From Nibricoccus sp. (GTDB taxonomy: Bacteria; Verrucomicrobiota; Verrucomicrobiia; Opitutales; Opitutaceae), in NCBI GenBank assembly GCA_047602425.1, contig JASGHG010000001.1:2016001-2080000 (forward strand): a DNA stretch of 64,000 nucleotides. The letters run 5' to 3'. The first letter of the stretch is position 1, and every line of letters begins with the position of its first letter. The translations under genes and the position numbers were made by a program. The notes under the pieces were generated by a model. It saw only the letters and a list, made by a program, of their open reading frames with translations. It made no database searches and had not been told where the DNA came from. Shown here piece by piece: positions 19,022-27,818 of this stretch.

Positions 19022-19729
19022 GTGTCTTCGCCACGTCGTATTGATCAACTGCTCGCCAATCTCGGCTATTGTTCGCGCCGGGAGGCGCGGGATTGGGTCG
19101 ATGCCGGGCGCGTGACAGTTCGCGGCGAGCGGGTCGACGATTCGGGGCAGAAAGCAATTCCGGAGGACGTGAAGGTCGATAACGAACTACTCGATCATCC
19201 TAACGGATTGCTGCTTCTCGTGCACAAGCCGCTCGGCCTCGTTTGTTCGCATGATGAACGCGAGGGGCCCAATATCTACAGCATGCTTCCCGAACGCTGG
19301 CGGCGGCGCAATCCGCAGGTCACCAGCGTGGGTCGCCTCGACAAGGACACCAGCGGCCTTCTTCTCCTCACCGATCAGACGGCACTCGTGCACAAGCTCA
19401 CCTTACCCAAGCACAAGGTCCAAAAGCATTATCTCGCCACCGTCAATGGCTCGCTCAAGCCGGAGCTCATCCCGCTCTTCGCCAGCGGCACCTTGCTCCT
19501 GGCCGGAGAGAAAGAACCGTGCCTGCCGGCGGAGTTGCGTATTCTGGATTCCACTACGGCCGAAATTATTTTGACCGAGGGACGTTATCACCAGGTGCGT
19601 CGCATGTTCGCGAGTCAGGGCTGCGAAGTGGTTACTTTACATCGCAGTCGCTTCGGCGATCTCGATCTTGGGGATTTGGCTCCCGGCCAGTGGCGCGAAT
19701 TGCCACTGGACTATTTCGGCGGGGCCTGA
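19022..19729 (+). CDS. rRNA pseudouridine synthase, RsuA/RluB family (S4 plus catalytic domain); start uncertain
   Basis: RIDQLLANLGYCSRREA, HKP.G.VCS, GRLDKDTSGLLLLT, EGRYHQVRRMF. Confidence 0.9.
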   Translation: MSSPRRIDQLLANLGYCSRREARDWVDAGRVTVRGERVDDSGQKAIPEDVKVDNELLDHPNGLLLLVHKPLGLVCSHDEREGPNIYSMLPERWRRRNPQVTSVGRLDKDTSGLLLLTDQTALVHKLTLPKHKVQKHYLATVNGSLKPELIPLFASGTLLLAGEKEPCLPAELRILDSTTAEIILTEGRYHQVRRMFASQGCEVVTLHRSRFGDLDLGDLAPGQWRELPLDYFGGA

Positions 19730-19852
19730 CTCGTTTCACCACGGGAGCCACTGTGCTTAACCGCAGAGATCGTAGAGGAAAAGCAAGTCCGCTGACTTCC
19801 GCGAAAATTGTTTTCCCATCTGCGCGCAACCCTGCCATTCCGTGGTTAAAAT

Positions 19853-20173
19853 ATGTACGACTATCCGCTCACCGGCGCTCAGAAAACTTTCCTTCGCGGA
19901 CTTGGCCAGCAAATGGATGCTTCGCTCAAAGTCGGCCGGGCTGGCCTCTCCCCCACTTTCTACAAAGAGCTGCAACATGCGCTCAATCACGGCGAGTTGG
20001 TGAAGCTCCGTTTCCTCGGCGCCGACCGCGACGAGCGTGCTGCTCTCTGCGCACAGATTGCCGATGAGGGACGCTGCGTTTGTGTCGGAGCCGTCGGACA
20101 CACTGCGCTGTTTTTCCGCCGACAGTCGGACCCGAGGCAGCGTGCCATCGATCTGCCTGACGAAGCGGATTGA
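19853..20173 (+). CDS. yhbY: YhbY/CRM-domain RNA-binding protein
   Basis: LTGAQKTFLRGLG..M...LKVGRAGL...L..ELVK.RF...VGHTALFFR. Confidence 0.88.
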   Translation: MYDYPLTGAQKTFLRGLGQQMDASLKVGRAGLSPTFYKELQHALNHGELVKLRFLGADRDERAALCAQIADEGRCVCVGAVGHTALFFRRQSDPRQRAIDLPDEAD

Positions 20174-20263
20174 CGCCTTACAACCGCAGTCCCAGCCCGC
20201 TCAACACGCCGTCCGACCTCTTCTCTAAAACTCATATTCGCAGGTCGAAAAAGCCGGTATCGT

Positions 20264-20290
20264 TGTAACCTTTCCAACCACGATCACGTA
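20264..20290 (+). promoter_or_regulatory. Candidate ECF sigma-factor promoter
   Basis: TGTAAC-N17-CGTA ending 10 nt before ATG 20301. Confidence 0.5.
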
Positions 20291-20300
20291 TTCCAACCAC

Positions 20301-21221
20301 ATGAGCATGCGTACCATTTTCGCTTCAATATTGTTCCTGTCCCTTTGCGCCTGCGCGTTTGCCCAGTCCGAACTCATGCCCGAAACCGGATCCCTCGGTC
20401 TGACCGTCAACGCACGTATGACCGGTTCGGTGAATTCCAAATTAAAGCGCGACGGCACCACTTACGACCAGATTGATACTAGTTCGGCAGAGATCGGTCT
20501 CACCCAAACCATCCGCCTGAACAAAGGAAACTCGCTTAGGCTCAGCCTCGAACGCCAACGCACCACCATCGACCAGGACCTCAATGCAGACGATCCCGTT
20601 GTGCCGCTGCCCGACGAACTCAATTCCCTCAGTGCGGCTGTCGCCTATACGCATATCGCCAGTCCGGCGTGGATCTTCACGGGACGAGTCGGGGCAGGAA
20701 GCCACGTAACCGACACCGGCCTCCTGTCCGAGGGCTGGGCGGCCAATGCGATGGCCATGACCATCTACAATCGCAGCAAGACGCTCACCTATATGTTTGG
20801 CCTGGTCTATGGTTCGAACATGGAAGACTTGCGCATCCTTCCCATCTTCGGCCTTAACTGGCGGCCATCTCCAAAATGGTCCATTGCCGTGGGCTTTCCG
20901 AAAACCGGCGCAACTTATCATTTCAACAAAGCGCTTTCCCTTGGGCTCGGTTTTTCCGGAGGCGGTGGTTCCTATTATGTGAAAACTGATCCACGGTCCC
21001 ACCCGAGCGCGAGTTCGCAACCGCTCGGCGATACCTGGCTTCAGCAGCGCGACATCCGGCTCGGTTTCGACGCCAATTGGAAGATCAACCAAACGGTCCG
21101 CATCTCCGGCGCCATCGGCCAGGTGTTGTATCGAAAATTCAAGTACGTCGACCGCGACTTCGAGCTGAAATCCGACAACTTCGCACCTTTCGTCTCCGTC
21201 GCCGGCCTCATTTCGTTTTAA
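20301..21221 (+). CDS. Outer-membrane beta-barrel protein (DUF6268-like)
   Basis: Signal peptide ending AFA-Q; amphipathic strands; LPIFGLNWRP...GFPK; C-terminal Phe. Confidence 0.7.
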   Translation: MSMRTIFASILFLSLCACAFAQSELMPETGSLGLTVNARMTGSVNSKLKRDGTTYDQIDTSSAEIGLTQTIRLNKGNSLRLSLERQRTTIDQDLNADDPVVPLPDELNSLSAAVAYTHIASPAWIFTGRVGAGSHVTDTGLLSEGWAANAMAMTIYNRSKTLTYMFGLVYGSNMEDLRILPIFGLNWRPSPKWSIAVGFPKTGATYHFNKALSLGLGFSGGGGSYYVKTDPRSHPSASSQPLGDTWLQQRDIRLGFDANWKINQTVRISGAIGQVLYRKFKYVDRDFELKSDNFAPFVSVAGLISF

Positions 21222-21237
21222 GCTAATCGACGCAGGC

Positions 21238-21313
21238 AGGTGGAACGCATTGCCCCAATGCGCTGGTTTTAGAACAACGTTGCCAAGCGCGTTGAAGTCA
21301 ACGCGCTCCACCT
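21238..21313. repeat. REP doublet (GTGG-type, inverted pair) between convergent genes
   Basis: AGGTGGAACGCATTGCCCCAATGCGCT and the reverse complement of AGGTGGAGCGCGTTGACTTCAACGCGCT; each unit is a hairpin preceded by GTGG. Confidence 0.75.
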
Positions 21314-21327
21314 CGACTTCGCTATCT

Positions 21328-23487
21328 TCAACGCGACAGTGACCGCAAGAGGCTTTGAGCCTTACGGTGTGCCGGGGCGTTTTTCAGCGCGCGTTGGACC
21401 GCCGCCAAGGCGCCGGCACGATCCCCCTTGCGCGCTAGAACCGTAGCCAACGCATAGGAGTAATCCGGGGATTCAGGTCGCAGCTGTTCGGCTCGTGACA
21501 ACGCTTCTGCCGCTTCCGCCAGGTTTTCTTGTTGGGCGAGTAACAGACCGAGATTGTACCAGCCACGATCGAGCTGCGGGTCACGCGTCACGCTCTGGCG
21601 CATCCAATATTCCGCTCGGCCTTGGTCGCCCGCCTCGGCCCATGCCAGTGCCGCGCGCAATGCCTGTCCGTCGTCACTTGGCGCCAAACCAGCAGCGCGA
21701 TCCATTCTAACCGCAGCCTCAGACGAACGACCTTGTCCCGCCAAAAGCAGTCCGAGCGCGTCTTGATAACCCGCGGCATGCGGATCCCATTTCGTCGCCT
21801 GCAGAATTTCTTTTTCCGCTTCGTCGGCGCGATCGCGATTCGCCAGGTCCGTGCCGAGACGAAAGCGTCCGCCCGGCTGATCGAGATCGAGCGCAAGGTA
21901 TGCATCGAGCTCCTTGCGAGCCGTCGAATCAGCCGGCAGCTCGGCGCTCAAGAGCCATTCCGCCTCTATTCGCACCAGTCGCACCGGATCTTGCAAGGCC
22001 AAGCGAATCTGTTCAGCCGAACCTTCCAATTTACCCAAAAGTCGCACGGCGGCTGCCCGCTCGATGGGATCGCTGGAAGCCAGTGCCTGAGCTGCCACCG
22101 CCTGGTCGCGGGCTGAATCACGGTCAGGCAGTTCCACGAGCAGGGAAAGAAACGTCGCGCGCCAAGCGGGGATATCCTCGGTGGCGAACAGATCGTAGAG
22201 CCGCGCTGCCGCGCCCGTTTTGTTTGCCTGGGCGGCAACAACTGCGCGCGCCCGGGCGCGTTGCTTCGAATTGAGTTTTTCACCGTACCATTCGTTGGCT
22301 TTCGCAATATTCCATTCGAGCGGTTTGTCCGCATGACATTTGCTGCACGCGTTAGGAATGCCGAGCTCTTGCGTCATCAATGGGTCGGGTTTCAGCCAGC
22401 CGTGGTCATGGCGGGGCGCGCGCTGCATGTAATTGGTCGTCGGCATGTGGCAGCCGACGCAGGTATTACCGGCATTATCGGCCTTGTGGTGGGAATGACT
22501 GGTTGGGTCAATCGGGATCGCGCGCGTGCCGTTGGCTTGCACACGGCCTTCACCTCCGTGGCATTGCAGACACAGCGCATTGTCGTTTGCCGGCAGGCGC
22601 GTACGAGTCGTATGCGGATCGTGACAATCCATGCAGGTCACGCCGGCGTGGCCCATGCGACTCAGCAAAATGGAAGTCCAGTTGAAGTCCTCATCGCGCT
22701 GCTGTCCGTCTGGATAAAACGTTGCCGCATGAACAGGAAGCGCAGCGCGGAAAAAATCGTTGTAGGGATCGCCTGGTTGGAAGTCCGGTGCAATCGGTTC
22801 GCCGCGCGCATGACAAGTTGCGCAGGTCTGCATCATTTTCCCGCGATCACCGTAAAACGGCGGTTGCGGCATGCTTGTGCCGCTCTTTTTCGCGGCGCGC
22901 CCGTGCGTGGTGGTGGTAGGACCATGACATTGAATGCAACCCACGCCATGTTCGACCCAAGTGGATTTGTAGGTGTCGGTCGCGGGAGAATAATTTTTCT
23001 GATAACCCGTCATGTGGCATTGGGCGCACATGGAGTTCCAATTCATGCCCCGCCCCGTCCAGTGACCCCATTCACCCGGCTGGCGATTCTCCGCGCCGAA
23101 GACGTTAAACCAATCCTTCTTCGCCGGATCGTAAGCGAGTTCGTGTGGCTGCCAGCGTCCATCGCCACTCGGAAACAACGGTTGCCAGAGCGGCTTGTGA
23201 CCCAAGATAAATTCCGGCGCAGTTCCAGGACCGACGCCCGACGCAGAATGAAATGTCGCCAACGCTTCAGCATCTTTCGTGAGATCAACCGGCCGATTGG
23301 CCAGAGCATGATCGGTTTCGGCCCAAGCTAGGAAAATCTCTTCGTGGCACTCCCGGCATGAAGTCGAGCGTTGCGCCATGGCGGCCGCCACGCTTTTGGG
23401 ACGCGTCGGCAAGGGCTTGCGGCAAGCGTCCGCCGCCAGAAGGAGGCCGACACCTACACAAGCGAGGCACAGACGGCGCAGGACCAC
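21328..23487 (-). CDS. Octaheme c-type cytochrome fused to HEAT-like and TPR repeats, probable lipoprotein; start uncertain
   Basis: Eight CxxCH motifs (CRECH, CAQCH, CIQCH, CATCH, CMDCH, CLQCH, CVGCH, CSKCH); DPVRLVR; GWYNLGLLLAQ TPRs; LLLAADAC possible lipobox. Confidence 0.85.
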   Translation of the reverse strand: MVLRRLCLACVGVGLLLAADACRKPLPTRPKSVAAAMAQRSTSCRECHEEIFLAWAETDHALANRPVDLTKDAEALATFHSASGVGPGTAPEFILGHKPLWQPLFPSGDGRWQPHELAYDPAKKDWFNVFGAENRQPGEWGHWTGRGMNWNSMCAQCHMTGYQKNYSPATDTYKSTWVEHGVGCIQCHGPTTTTHGRAAKKSGTSMPQPPFYGDRGKMMQTCATCHARGEPIAPDFQPGDPYNDFFRAALPVHAATFYPDGQQRDEDFNWTSILLSRMGHAGVTCMDCHDPHTTRTRLPANDNALCLQCHGGEGRVQANGTRAIPIDPTSHSHHKADNAGNTCVGCHMPTTNYMQRAPRHDHGWLKPDPLMTQELGIPNACSKCHADKPLEWNIAKANEWYGEKLNSKQRARARAVVAAQANKTGAAARLYDLFATEDIPAWRATFLSLLVELPDRDSARDQAVAAQALASSDPIERAAAVRLLGKLEGSAEQIRLALQDPVRLVRIEAEWLLSAELPADSTARKELDAYLALDLDQPGGRFRLGTDLANRDRADEAEKEILQATKWDPHAAGYQDALGLLLAGQGRSSEAAVRMDRAAGLAPSDDGQALRAALAWAEAGDQGRAEYWMRQSVTRDPQLDRGWYNLGLLLAQQENLAEAAEALSRAEQLRPESPDYSYALATVLARKGDRAGALAAVQRALKNAPAHRKAQSLLRSLSR

Positions 23488-23600
23488 TTTTGTTTTCCAA
23501 ACCACCCCAATAGCACGCCGCAGCGACTTGCCGCTGGCAATACCAACTCTATATACAACACGTTGACAGCGCGCGATCCCGAGTCGCAGTGGCGGCCCGG

Positions 23601-23628
23601 TGTAACATTTACCCGCCTCGCTTACGTC
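23601..23628 (+). promoter_or_regulatory. Candidate ECF sigma-factor promoter
   Basis: TGTAAC-N18-CGTC ending 10 nt before ATG 23639. Confidence 0.5.
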
Positions 23629-23638
23629 TGAGGTCCGT

Positions 23639-24163
23639 ATGAAATTTTCCGCCGCCAACTTGTCCCGGTCTTTTTCGAACTATTCTGTTTCATCCGGCAT
23701 TTTCGTCGCGAGCCTTAGTCTTGCCGCTTTGTTGTCGGGTTGTGTGGTAGCAGGGCCACGCCGGGCTGCGCGCGTCACGGTTGTCGAGCGCAGCGGACCC
23801 CCCGTTCCACCGCCGCCTCCTGTGGTCGTAGCGCCGCCGCACCGCCACGACGTCGTAGTCATTCGCGAAACACCGCCGCCTCCTCCCCGTGTGGTGGTTG
23901 TGGAGCGCGGTCTTCCTCCACCGCCAGCCGTTTCAATTGTCGTTCACGCTCCGCCACCGCCGCTTCAGGTCGAAGTCAGAGGCCATCGGCCGTCGCACCG
24001 GCACGTCTGGTGTGCCGGACATTGGCGTTATCAGGGGGCACGTTACGTCTGGATTCCCGGGCATTGGGAACTTCCTCCACGCTCCCATGCCGTTTACATT
24101 GCACCCCATTGGGAATCCCGAGGTGGCGGCCACGTGTTCGTTGAGGGTTATTGGAAAATGTAA
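23639..24163 (+). CDS. Proline-rich lipoprotein with YXWGXW (WXXGXW) repeats
   Basis: LLSGC lipobox; PPPP tracts; VWCAGHW, YVWIPGHW, YIAPHW, FVEGYW. Confidence 0.8.
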   Translation: MKFSAANLSRSFSNYSVSSGIFVASLSLAALLSGCVVAGPRRAARVTVVERSGPPVPPPPPVVVAPPHRHDVVVIRETPPPPPRVVVVERGLPPPPAVSIVVHAPPPPLQVEVRGHRPSHRHVWCAGHWRYQGARYVWIPGHWELPPRSHAVYIAPHWESRGGGHVFVEGYWKM

Positions 24164-24361
24164 GCGCAGGGATCGACAAGCCTTCCCAGCTCTTTTTCGC
24201 CAGATCTCGCGGCCCAAATCGGAAAAGCGGCCTACCGTTTTTCCGCGATGGGTGCCGGACATGATACCGCTTGCGCGTTCCACCCACACGCGCGGAGACA
24301 AATCGACGTTGATTTGGCAAAAGCTGAGACCGCCAGCACCAACTGCCGATTTGCTGCCCAG

Positions 24362-24596
24362 TTTGCTTTAGCTTTTTCGTCCTTTTTTTGGGCTAAACGC
24401 GCAGCAAAATCCGTTCGAGTCCCCGCCGCAAAACGCCGAAGTGATGGGCTGAAATTTATGGCGATTCGGCCGCAGAGGAGTTGGTTTTGCCACAAAAACG
24501 ACGGTGAAAACGCCCTCGAAAACGGGAGATTTTCCTCGGTTTTTTCGTGTTTTTTGCGCGAAATCAGGCGAAAGACGCGTTTTTTTGGCAAAAATT
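24362..24596. promoter_or_regulatory. Helically phased A/T tracts (predicted intrinsically curved DNA) upstream of accB
   Basis: A3-5/T4-7 runs recur every ~10-11 bp, e.g. near 24486, 24496, 24508, 24520, 24530, 24542, 24552, 24562, 24572, 24583, 24592. Confidence 0.6.
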
Positions 24597-24687
24597 CAAG
24601 GATTGCATCGTTTATGAAACATCTTTTGAACAAGCCGCAAAGTTTCTCTACTAACGCCTATCAGCATTCACTTAACCGAGGCATAAC

Positions 24688-25188
24688 TTGGACCTAAAAC
24701 AAATCAAACAGCTCATCGATTTAATGACCCGCTCTGACCTCACCGAATTTGAGGTCGAAGAAGAGGGCTTCAAGCTCAAGATCCGCCGCGGCCCAAATGG
24801 CCAGCCTGTTATTTCATCGGGTCGTAGTTCCGCAGCTCCGTTTACCAGCACCGATGCCGCTCCCGTAGTGACCGCCGCACCGGTCCCCGTTGCCGCCGTT
24901 CCAGTCGCAGCGACTCCTGTAGCTCCGGCCGCCGCCGAAGAAGCAGGTATCATCTACATCAAGTCGCCCATGGTCGGCACCTTCTACAGCTCGCCGTCTC
25001 CGGAGAGCAAAGCTTTCGCCGAAAAGGGAACCAAGGTCGTCGAAAACACCGTCGTCTGCATTATCGAGGCGATGAAGATCATGAACGAGATTCAGGCGGA
25101 ACTCAAAGGAACCGTCGTCGAAGTTCTTGTCGAAAGCGGTCAACCCGTCGAATACGGTCAACGTCTCTTCAAGGTTAAACAAGGCTAA
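24688..25188 (+). CDS. accB: Acetyl-CoA carboxylase biotin carboxyl carrier protein
   Basis: [45 protein letters not shown] start with GAGG RBS. Confidence 0.96.
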   Translation: MDLKQIKQLIDLMTRSDLTEFEVEEEGFKLKIRRGPNGQPVISSGRSSAAPFTSTDAAPVVTAAPVPVAAVPVAATPVAPAAAEEAGIIYIKSPMVGTFYSSPSPESKAFAEKGTKVVENTVVCIIEAMKIMNEIQAELKGTVVEVLVESGQPVEYGQRLFKVKQG

Positions 25189-25263
25189 GCCATTAACCAC
25201 TAACAACACCGAGCGCGTCGTTCTCGCACGGCGCCCGGTGCAGCTTAGTGGTTTTCTCATTTT

Positions 25264-26628
25264 ATGATCCAAAAGGTCCTCATCGCCAACCGCGGTGAAA
25301 TCGCACTCCGCATCGTTCGCGCCTGCCGCGAACTCGGCATCAAGACTCTCGCTGTTTATTCCGAGGCGGATATCCAATCTCTTCACGTCCAGCTGGCCGA
25401 CGAAGCCATTTGCATCGGCGGACCCAAAAGCGCCGATAGCTACCTCCGCGCCGACCGCATTATCAGCGCCGCCGAAATCGCCGACGTCGATGCCATCCAT
25501 CCTGGCTATGGCTTCCTCTCGGAAAACGCGAAATTCGCCGAGCAGTGCGAGTCCTGCAATATCAAGTTCATCGGCCCAAAATCCAAGTCCATCAAGATGA
25601 TGGGCGACAAAGCCATCGCCAAAGACACCGTTAAAAAAGCGGGCGTCCCCACCGTTCCCGGCAGCGATGGCCCCGTCGAAAGCGAAACCGAGGCGGTCAA
25701 GATCGCCCGCAAAATTGGCTATCCCGTCATCATTAAAGCCGTCGCCGGCGGCGGCGGTCGTGGCATGCGCATCGCCCATAACGACGTTTCCTTTGCCAAG
25801 GAATATCATGTGGCTCGCAACGAAGCCGAAAAAGCCTTCGGCAACGGCGCCGTTTACATCGAGAAATACATCGAACGCCCCCGCCACATCGAGTTCCAGA
25901 TCCTCGCCGATAGCCACGGCAAAGTCGTGCATCTCGGCGAACGCGATTGTTCCATTCAGCGTCGCCACCAAAAGCTGATCGAAGAATCGCCCTCGCCTTT
26001 CCTCAACGCCGACCTCCGCAAAAAGATGGGTAAGGCCGCCGTTCGCGCCGCCGAAGCCGCCGACTACGAAAACGCCGGCACCATCGAGTTCCTCGTCGAT
26101 GCCAAGGGGAATTTTTATTTCATCGAGATGAACACGCGCATTCAGGTCGAGCATCCCGTGACCGAGGAATGCACCGGCATCGACTTGATTAAACAACAGA
26201 TCCGCATCGCCAATGGCCTGAAACTCGAATTCGACCAAAGCGATATCAAGTGGGAAAAACACGCGATCGAGTGCCGCATCAACGCTGAGGATCCCGCGCG
26301 CAATTTTGCACCTTCGCCCGGCACCATCGGTCTCTACTATGCCCCCGGCGGCCATGGCGTGCGCGTCGACAGCCACGCGTACAGCGGTTATGCGATTCCG
26401 CCGTATTACGATTCGATGATCGGCAAACTCATTTGTTTCGGGTCGACCCGAAAAATCGCCCTTGAACGTGCCTACCGCGCCCTCAACGAGTACCTCATCC
26501 GCGGCATCAAAACCACCATCCCGCTCCACAAGGCGATCATGAGCGATCCCATCTTCATCGAAGGCAAAGCCACGACGGCCTACATGGAAGACTTCTTGAA
26601 ACGCACGCCGCCAGATTTGTTCACCTGA
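25264..26628 (+). CDS. accC: Biotin carboxylase
   Basis: [62 protein letters not shown]. Confidence 0.97.
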   Translation: MIQKVLIANRGEIALRIVRACRELGIKTLAVYSEADIQSLHVQLADEAICIGGPKSADSYLRADRIISAAEIADVDAIHPGYGFLSENAKFAEQCESCNIKFIGPKSKSIKMMGDKAIAKDTVKKAGVPTVPGSDGPVESETEAVKIARKIGYPVIIKAVAGGGGRGMRIAHNDVSFAKEYHVARNEAEKAFGNGAVYIEKYIERPRHIEFQILADSHGKVVHLGERDCSIQRRHQKLIEESPSPFLNADLRKKMGKAAVRAAEAADYENAGTIEFLVDAKGNFYFIEMNTRIQVEHPVTEECTGIDLIKQQIRIANGLKLEFDQSDIKWEKHAIECRINAEDPARNFAPSPGTIGLYYAPGGHGVRVDSHAYSGYAIPPYYDSMIGKLICFGSTRKIALERAYRALNEYLIRGIKTTIPLHKAIMSDPIFIEGKATTAYMEDFLKRTPPDLFT

Positions 26629-26721
26629 TCCGTCTCGCGCAAAAAACTCAACGCTGCGGCCTCAACGGAAAGACCAAAGCCCCGCCTTGAAACTTTCTCC
26701 CAACTAAGGCTACTTAACGGC

Positions 26722-27171
26722 ATGGCTTTCCCGCACGACTTCACGCCTCCCACCCGCTTGGACGACCAACCGGAGCTCGGCGACATCAAGATTAACCACG
26801 ATGTCGTTGCCAGCATCGTGCGTCTCGCCGCACTGCAAGTCCCCGGCGTCGCAGGCGTGGGCGGCGGCCTCGTCGATGGCATCAGCGAACTTTTTTCAAA
26901 ACGCGAGGCCGACAAACGCGGCGTGAAGGTCACCGAGGACGCCAAGGGCGACTACGCCATCGAACTTCGCATCGTCGTCACCTACGGTTCCGAAATTGGC
27001 CGAACCGCCTACGAGACCCAAGTCGCCGTGCGCAAGCAGGTCATCGCCATGACCGACAAGAGCGTCGCTCGCGTCGATGTCATTGTGGAAGGCGTGCGCC
27101 TGCCCAGTTCGGGCTCCTCCACTGGCGCCGATCGCCCCGACGATCTTTGGGCCGGCATCTCCACGGACTGA
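26722..27171 (+). CDS. Asp23/Gls24 family protein (YqhY-like)
   Basis: LGDIKINHDVVASI..LAA..VPGV..., RGVKV, V.YG..I......Q..V...V..MT...V..VDV.VEGV. Confidence 0.88.
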   Translation: MAFPHDFTPPTRLDDQPELGDIKINHDVVASIVRLAALQVPGVAGVGGGLVDGISELFSKREADKRGVKVTEDAKGDYAIELRIVVTYGSEIGRTAYETQVAVRKQVIAMTDKSVARVDVIVEGVRLPSSGSSTGADRPDDLWAGISTD

Positions 27172-27179
27172 AAAACATC

Positions 27180-27593
27180 GTGTCGCAAGTTTTCGAATAC
27201 ATCGCCAATGCTCCCGCGCTGCTGATCGCCGCGTGGGCCGCCGTCGGCCTGCTGGCAGCCCTGCTGCTCTTGCGCAAACCCAAGAGCCTGCTGCTCGCCT
27301 CCAACGAAACCGGTCGCCTGGAAATCTCGCGCCACGCCCTGCACCGCCTGCTTGAGGCCTGTTGCCAACAACTTCGCGGCGTCGTCTCCGCCCGCGCCCG
27401 CGTTTCCCGCAGCCGCGGTAAATTCAAAACTTTCCTCCGTCTCAAGGTTCGTCCCGACGCCAAACTCGACGCCATTCACGGCTACCTCTCGCAGGAAATC
27501 GGCGAAATCTACCGCCAAAATCTCGGCATCACCGAAGTCGGCTCCGTCGAAATCGAAGTCGTCGGCGTCATCTCCGAGCAGAAGGAATTCTGA
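27180..27593 (+). CDS. AmaP-like membrane anchor protein (single TM plus Asp23-like fold)
   Basis: N-terminal TM, then NETGRLEISRHAL..L...CQQLRGV....ARV...L.V......LSQEI.....QNLGI..V..VEIEV; directly follows the Asp23 gene. Confidence 0.6.
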   Translation: MSQVFEYIANAPALLIAAWAAVGLLAALLLLRKPKSLLLASNETGRLEISRHALHRLLEACCQQLRGVVSARARVSRSRGKFKTFLRLKVRPDAKLDAIHGYLSQEIGEIYRQNLGITEVGSVEIEVVGVISEQKEF

Positions 27594-27604
27594 TTTTCGG
27601 AGCC

Positions 27605-27800
27605 TCGGAAAGTTACACAGAGGGCACGAGAGGGAGCACAGAGGCCATAGAGCTCTCGTTTCCCTCGCCAAACTTGAAAGCCACGCACTGCATTGCGACG
27701 CAGCTTTATGAGCCCCCATCCGTGCAATCCGTGGTTAAAACCATGCCTTTTACTCCGAGGTCTCTGCGCTACCTCTCGTGCCCTCTGTGTACCTCTCCGA
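27605..27800. repeat. ~196-bp element bounded by ~39-bp imperfect inverted repeats (CACAGAG-type)
   Basis: TACACAGAGGGCACGAGAGGGAGCACAGAG (27614-27643) matches the reverse complement of 27762-27791 at 28/30; internal ATCCGTGCAATCCGTGGTTAAAA. Confidence 0.7.
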
Positions 27801-27818
27801 AAAAATTCAGAGTTCAGC

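Noticed and set aside
24232..24697. Two overlapping ORFs (133 aa minus, 149 aa plus) upstream of accB
   Set aside because: Phe/Lys/Arg-rich translations of the phased A/T tracts with no protein-like features; treated as non-coding
24814..26529. 571-aa minus-strand ORF, and similar long antisense ORFs over rsbR, the kinase, ftsK, floA and the sigma54 regulator
   Set aside because: Shadow ORFs opposite well-supported genes, expected from high-GC codon bias; no motifs of their own
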